Source: Chrysemys picta bellii (taxonomy: Eukaryota). From it: a DNA stretch of 64,000 nucleotides. This document shows, one piece after another, positions 62,301 to 64,000 of the stretch (position 1 is the stretch's first letter; each line of letters opens with the position of its first letter). Under the pieces are notes generated by a model. That model was not told the DNA's origin. It was given only the letters and a program-made list of their open reading frames with translations, and did not search any database. The stretch spans positions 187,302,001 to 187,366,000 of the forward strand of contig NC_088791.1 in NCBI RefSeq assembly GCF_011386835.1. Reading direction: 5' to 3'. Position numbers and translations under genes: made by a program.

Positions 62301-64000
62301 TTTCAGAGTACTTTTAGCCCTAGCCATTTGTAGAATGTAGAAGGGGAGGGAAATTGATTAAGATGAATTGTTATAGAAATAAAATTCACAGGGGAACCAT
62401 GACGGGGCAACCGGAAGAAAGGGGAGAAAAAGGGGAGGATAAGAGATGCAGTGAATAAAGAACAGCTAGGCAAAAAAAAAAAAAAGATGGTGGAGAGTAA
62501 AATATGAAAAGGAAGAAATGGGTTGAACAAGAACAAGAGAATATTTATTTGTATCATTCTTCATTATTGGGCAAATTTTCCTGCAGAACTGATGTGGTTC
62601 CATTCCATGAAAGGCCAGAGTGAGGGACCTGTTCATGATATGCTCACCCACAGTATTCCACAGGATTCCCAGCACCCTGATGTATTGCAAGGATTTGGTG
62701 GGATTAGGCACAAGCTGACTCAAGGATGAGTCACTAGATCCACTGTTCAGTTTTAGCTACTACTCTTGCATAGTGACACCCTGGAGGCTATTTCAGCCTT
62801 CATGATTAGCAGCTGTGCTGCTTGCAAATATGTGTACATCTTTAAAATGACTGTTTCCTTCCAGTTTCTCTAATGAGCAGCACTGGGGCCAAGGTTGCCT
62901 ATCAGCCTAAATAATGAGCTTTTCAGTTCATCTGCTTTAATTACTTTGTTCAAATATCTGATGAACAGCTCAACAACAGGTCCATAGATTTTTCTCCCTC
63001 TTCAGAAAAAAAAGGTAAATCGACCAATAGAAGCCATGTTATGTTACTATAAGCTTCACTGGTCTCATATAACTAAATGTACAGGTAACATGTTTATGCT
63101 TCTCTGTCTTGAGCTCCACTCTGCCCTTAGCAACTTCCCAGTACAACACAAATTTAGCTCACCTCTGCAAGTAATACTAATCAGCACTTCTGGGTATATA
63201 ACATCACTCCAATGTACTGCTCATATTTTGTTCAATCTGTTTTTTGAATGGACATCATTCTGTGATTGTTTTTCCTTTGTCCTTTTTTTTTTTGGAATCA
63301 ATTTATCTTTTTTTTTTTTCCGTCCATCTCTGCTCCTGAATCCCAGTCCAGTTCCCTATCCAGTGGGACACACAACCTCTGAGAATCAGTCCTGATTGAC
63401 AACTACATAATTAAGAAGAGAATCGAGATCTTTGACTCTTTTCCCTACTTCAAATTCATAGTTTAGTCATACAGCCAGGAACAGCGTGTAGTTTAGGTAT
63501 TCCTTGCTTTTAACAAACTGTTGTAACCAGTTTACAAAAGTGGGTGGAATTTTTTATGGCTTTGCTAGCCTTTTCCTAGTGGCCACGATCATGTGTTAGC
63601 AAAGTATCCAATGTTATCTAATTCACCAGAGAATGTTTGCTGTACTGTAATTCTGTGTTTCTTGCATCATTATGACAGTGGGAAATGATTAATGTAACTG
63701 GCCAAGCGCCTGGGACTTTTTAGCATTAGAAATGTCGACCACAGAAGAAAAATATTTTTTTCTTTAATGCTGAGTTTGACTCCCAGAACTGGTGATTTCT
63801 TTTGTTGTTGTTAAAGATTATCTGACCTTTGAGTCTACTTTTACTGTCAGTCTTCATTTGAAACAGCAGCAGCTGTGGTACATCATACATTTTCAGCAGA
63901 ATGTAAAATCCTCAACATTAAAGTTAACTAGTTATTTCCCCTCACCCCAGAAACAAAGAGGATATAAAAGATAGGTGAATAATGTGGTTCATCTGTCCCA

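Noticed and set aside
1-64000. CRISPR array, rRNA, snoRNA or prokaryotic operon
   Set aside because: No regularly spaced repeat-spacer structure or recognisable structural RNA gene; the content is vertebrate interspersed repeats.

Overview
AT-rich vertebrate genomic DNA, most likely a turtle: it contains a tortoise-type Pol III/SINE with a CR1-like tail, several CR1 3' ends and palindromic repeats I recognise from turtle genomes. I cannot identify a host protein-coding gene, rRNA, tRNA or CRISPR array. Nearly all ORFs in the supplied track are short and spurious, or are antisense and alternative frames of repeats. The window is dominated by mobile DNA. (1) Two full-length ~2.54 kb Chapaev3-type (CMC) DNA transposons (23934-26471 and 41666-44204) each have their own 3-bp TSD but share the same frameshift in the transposase. 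(2) Penelope-like retroelement remnants form long hairpins, two with clean 12-13 bp TSDs, and two distinct families carry minimal hammerhead-ribozyme-like motifs with covarying stems. (3) There are also a decayed Tx1-like LINE, about eight CR1 fragments, two hAT MITEs with 8-bp TSDs, a Tigger-like element with a GC-rich internal motif array, probable solo LTRs and many short palindromic MITEs. A few splice-site-bounded open segments may be exons of an unrecognised gene, but this is weak. Family names come from motif recognition only; no database search or alignment was run.
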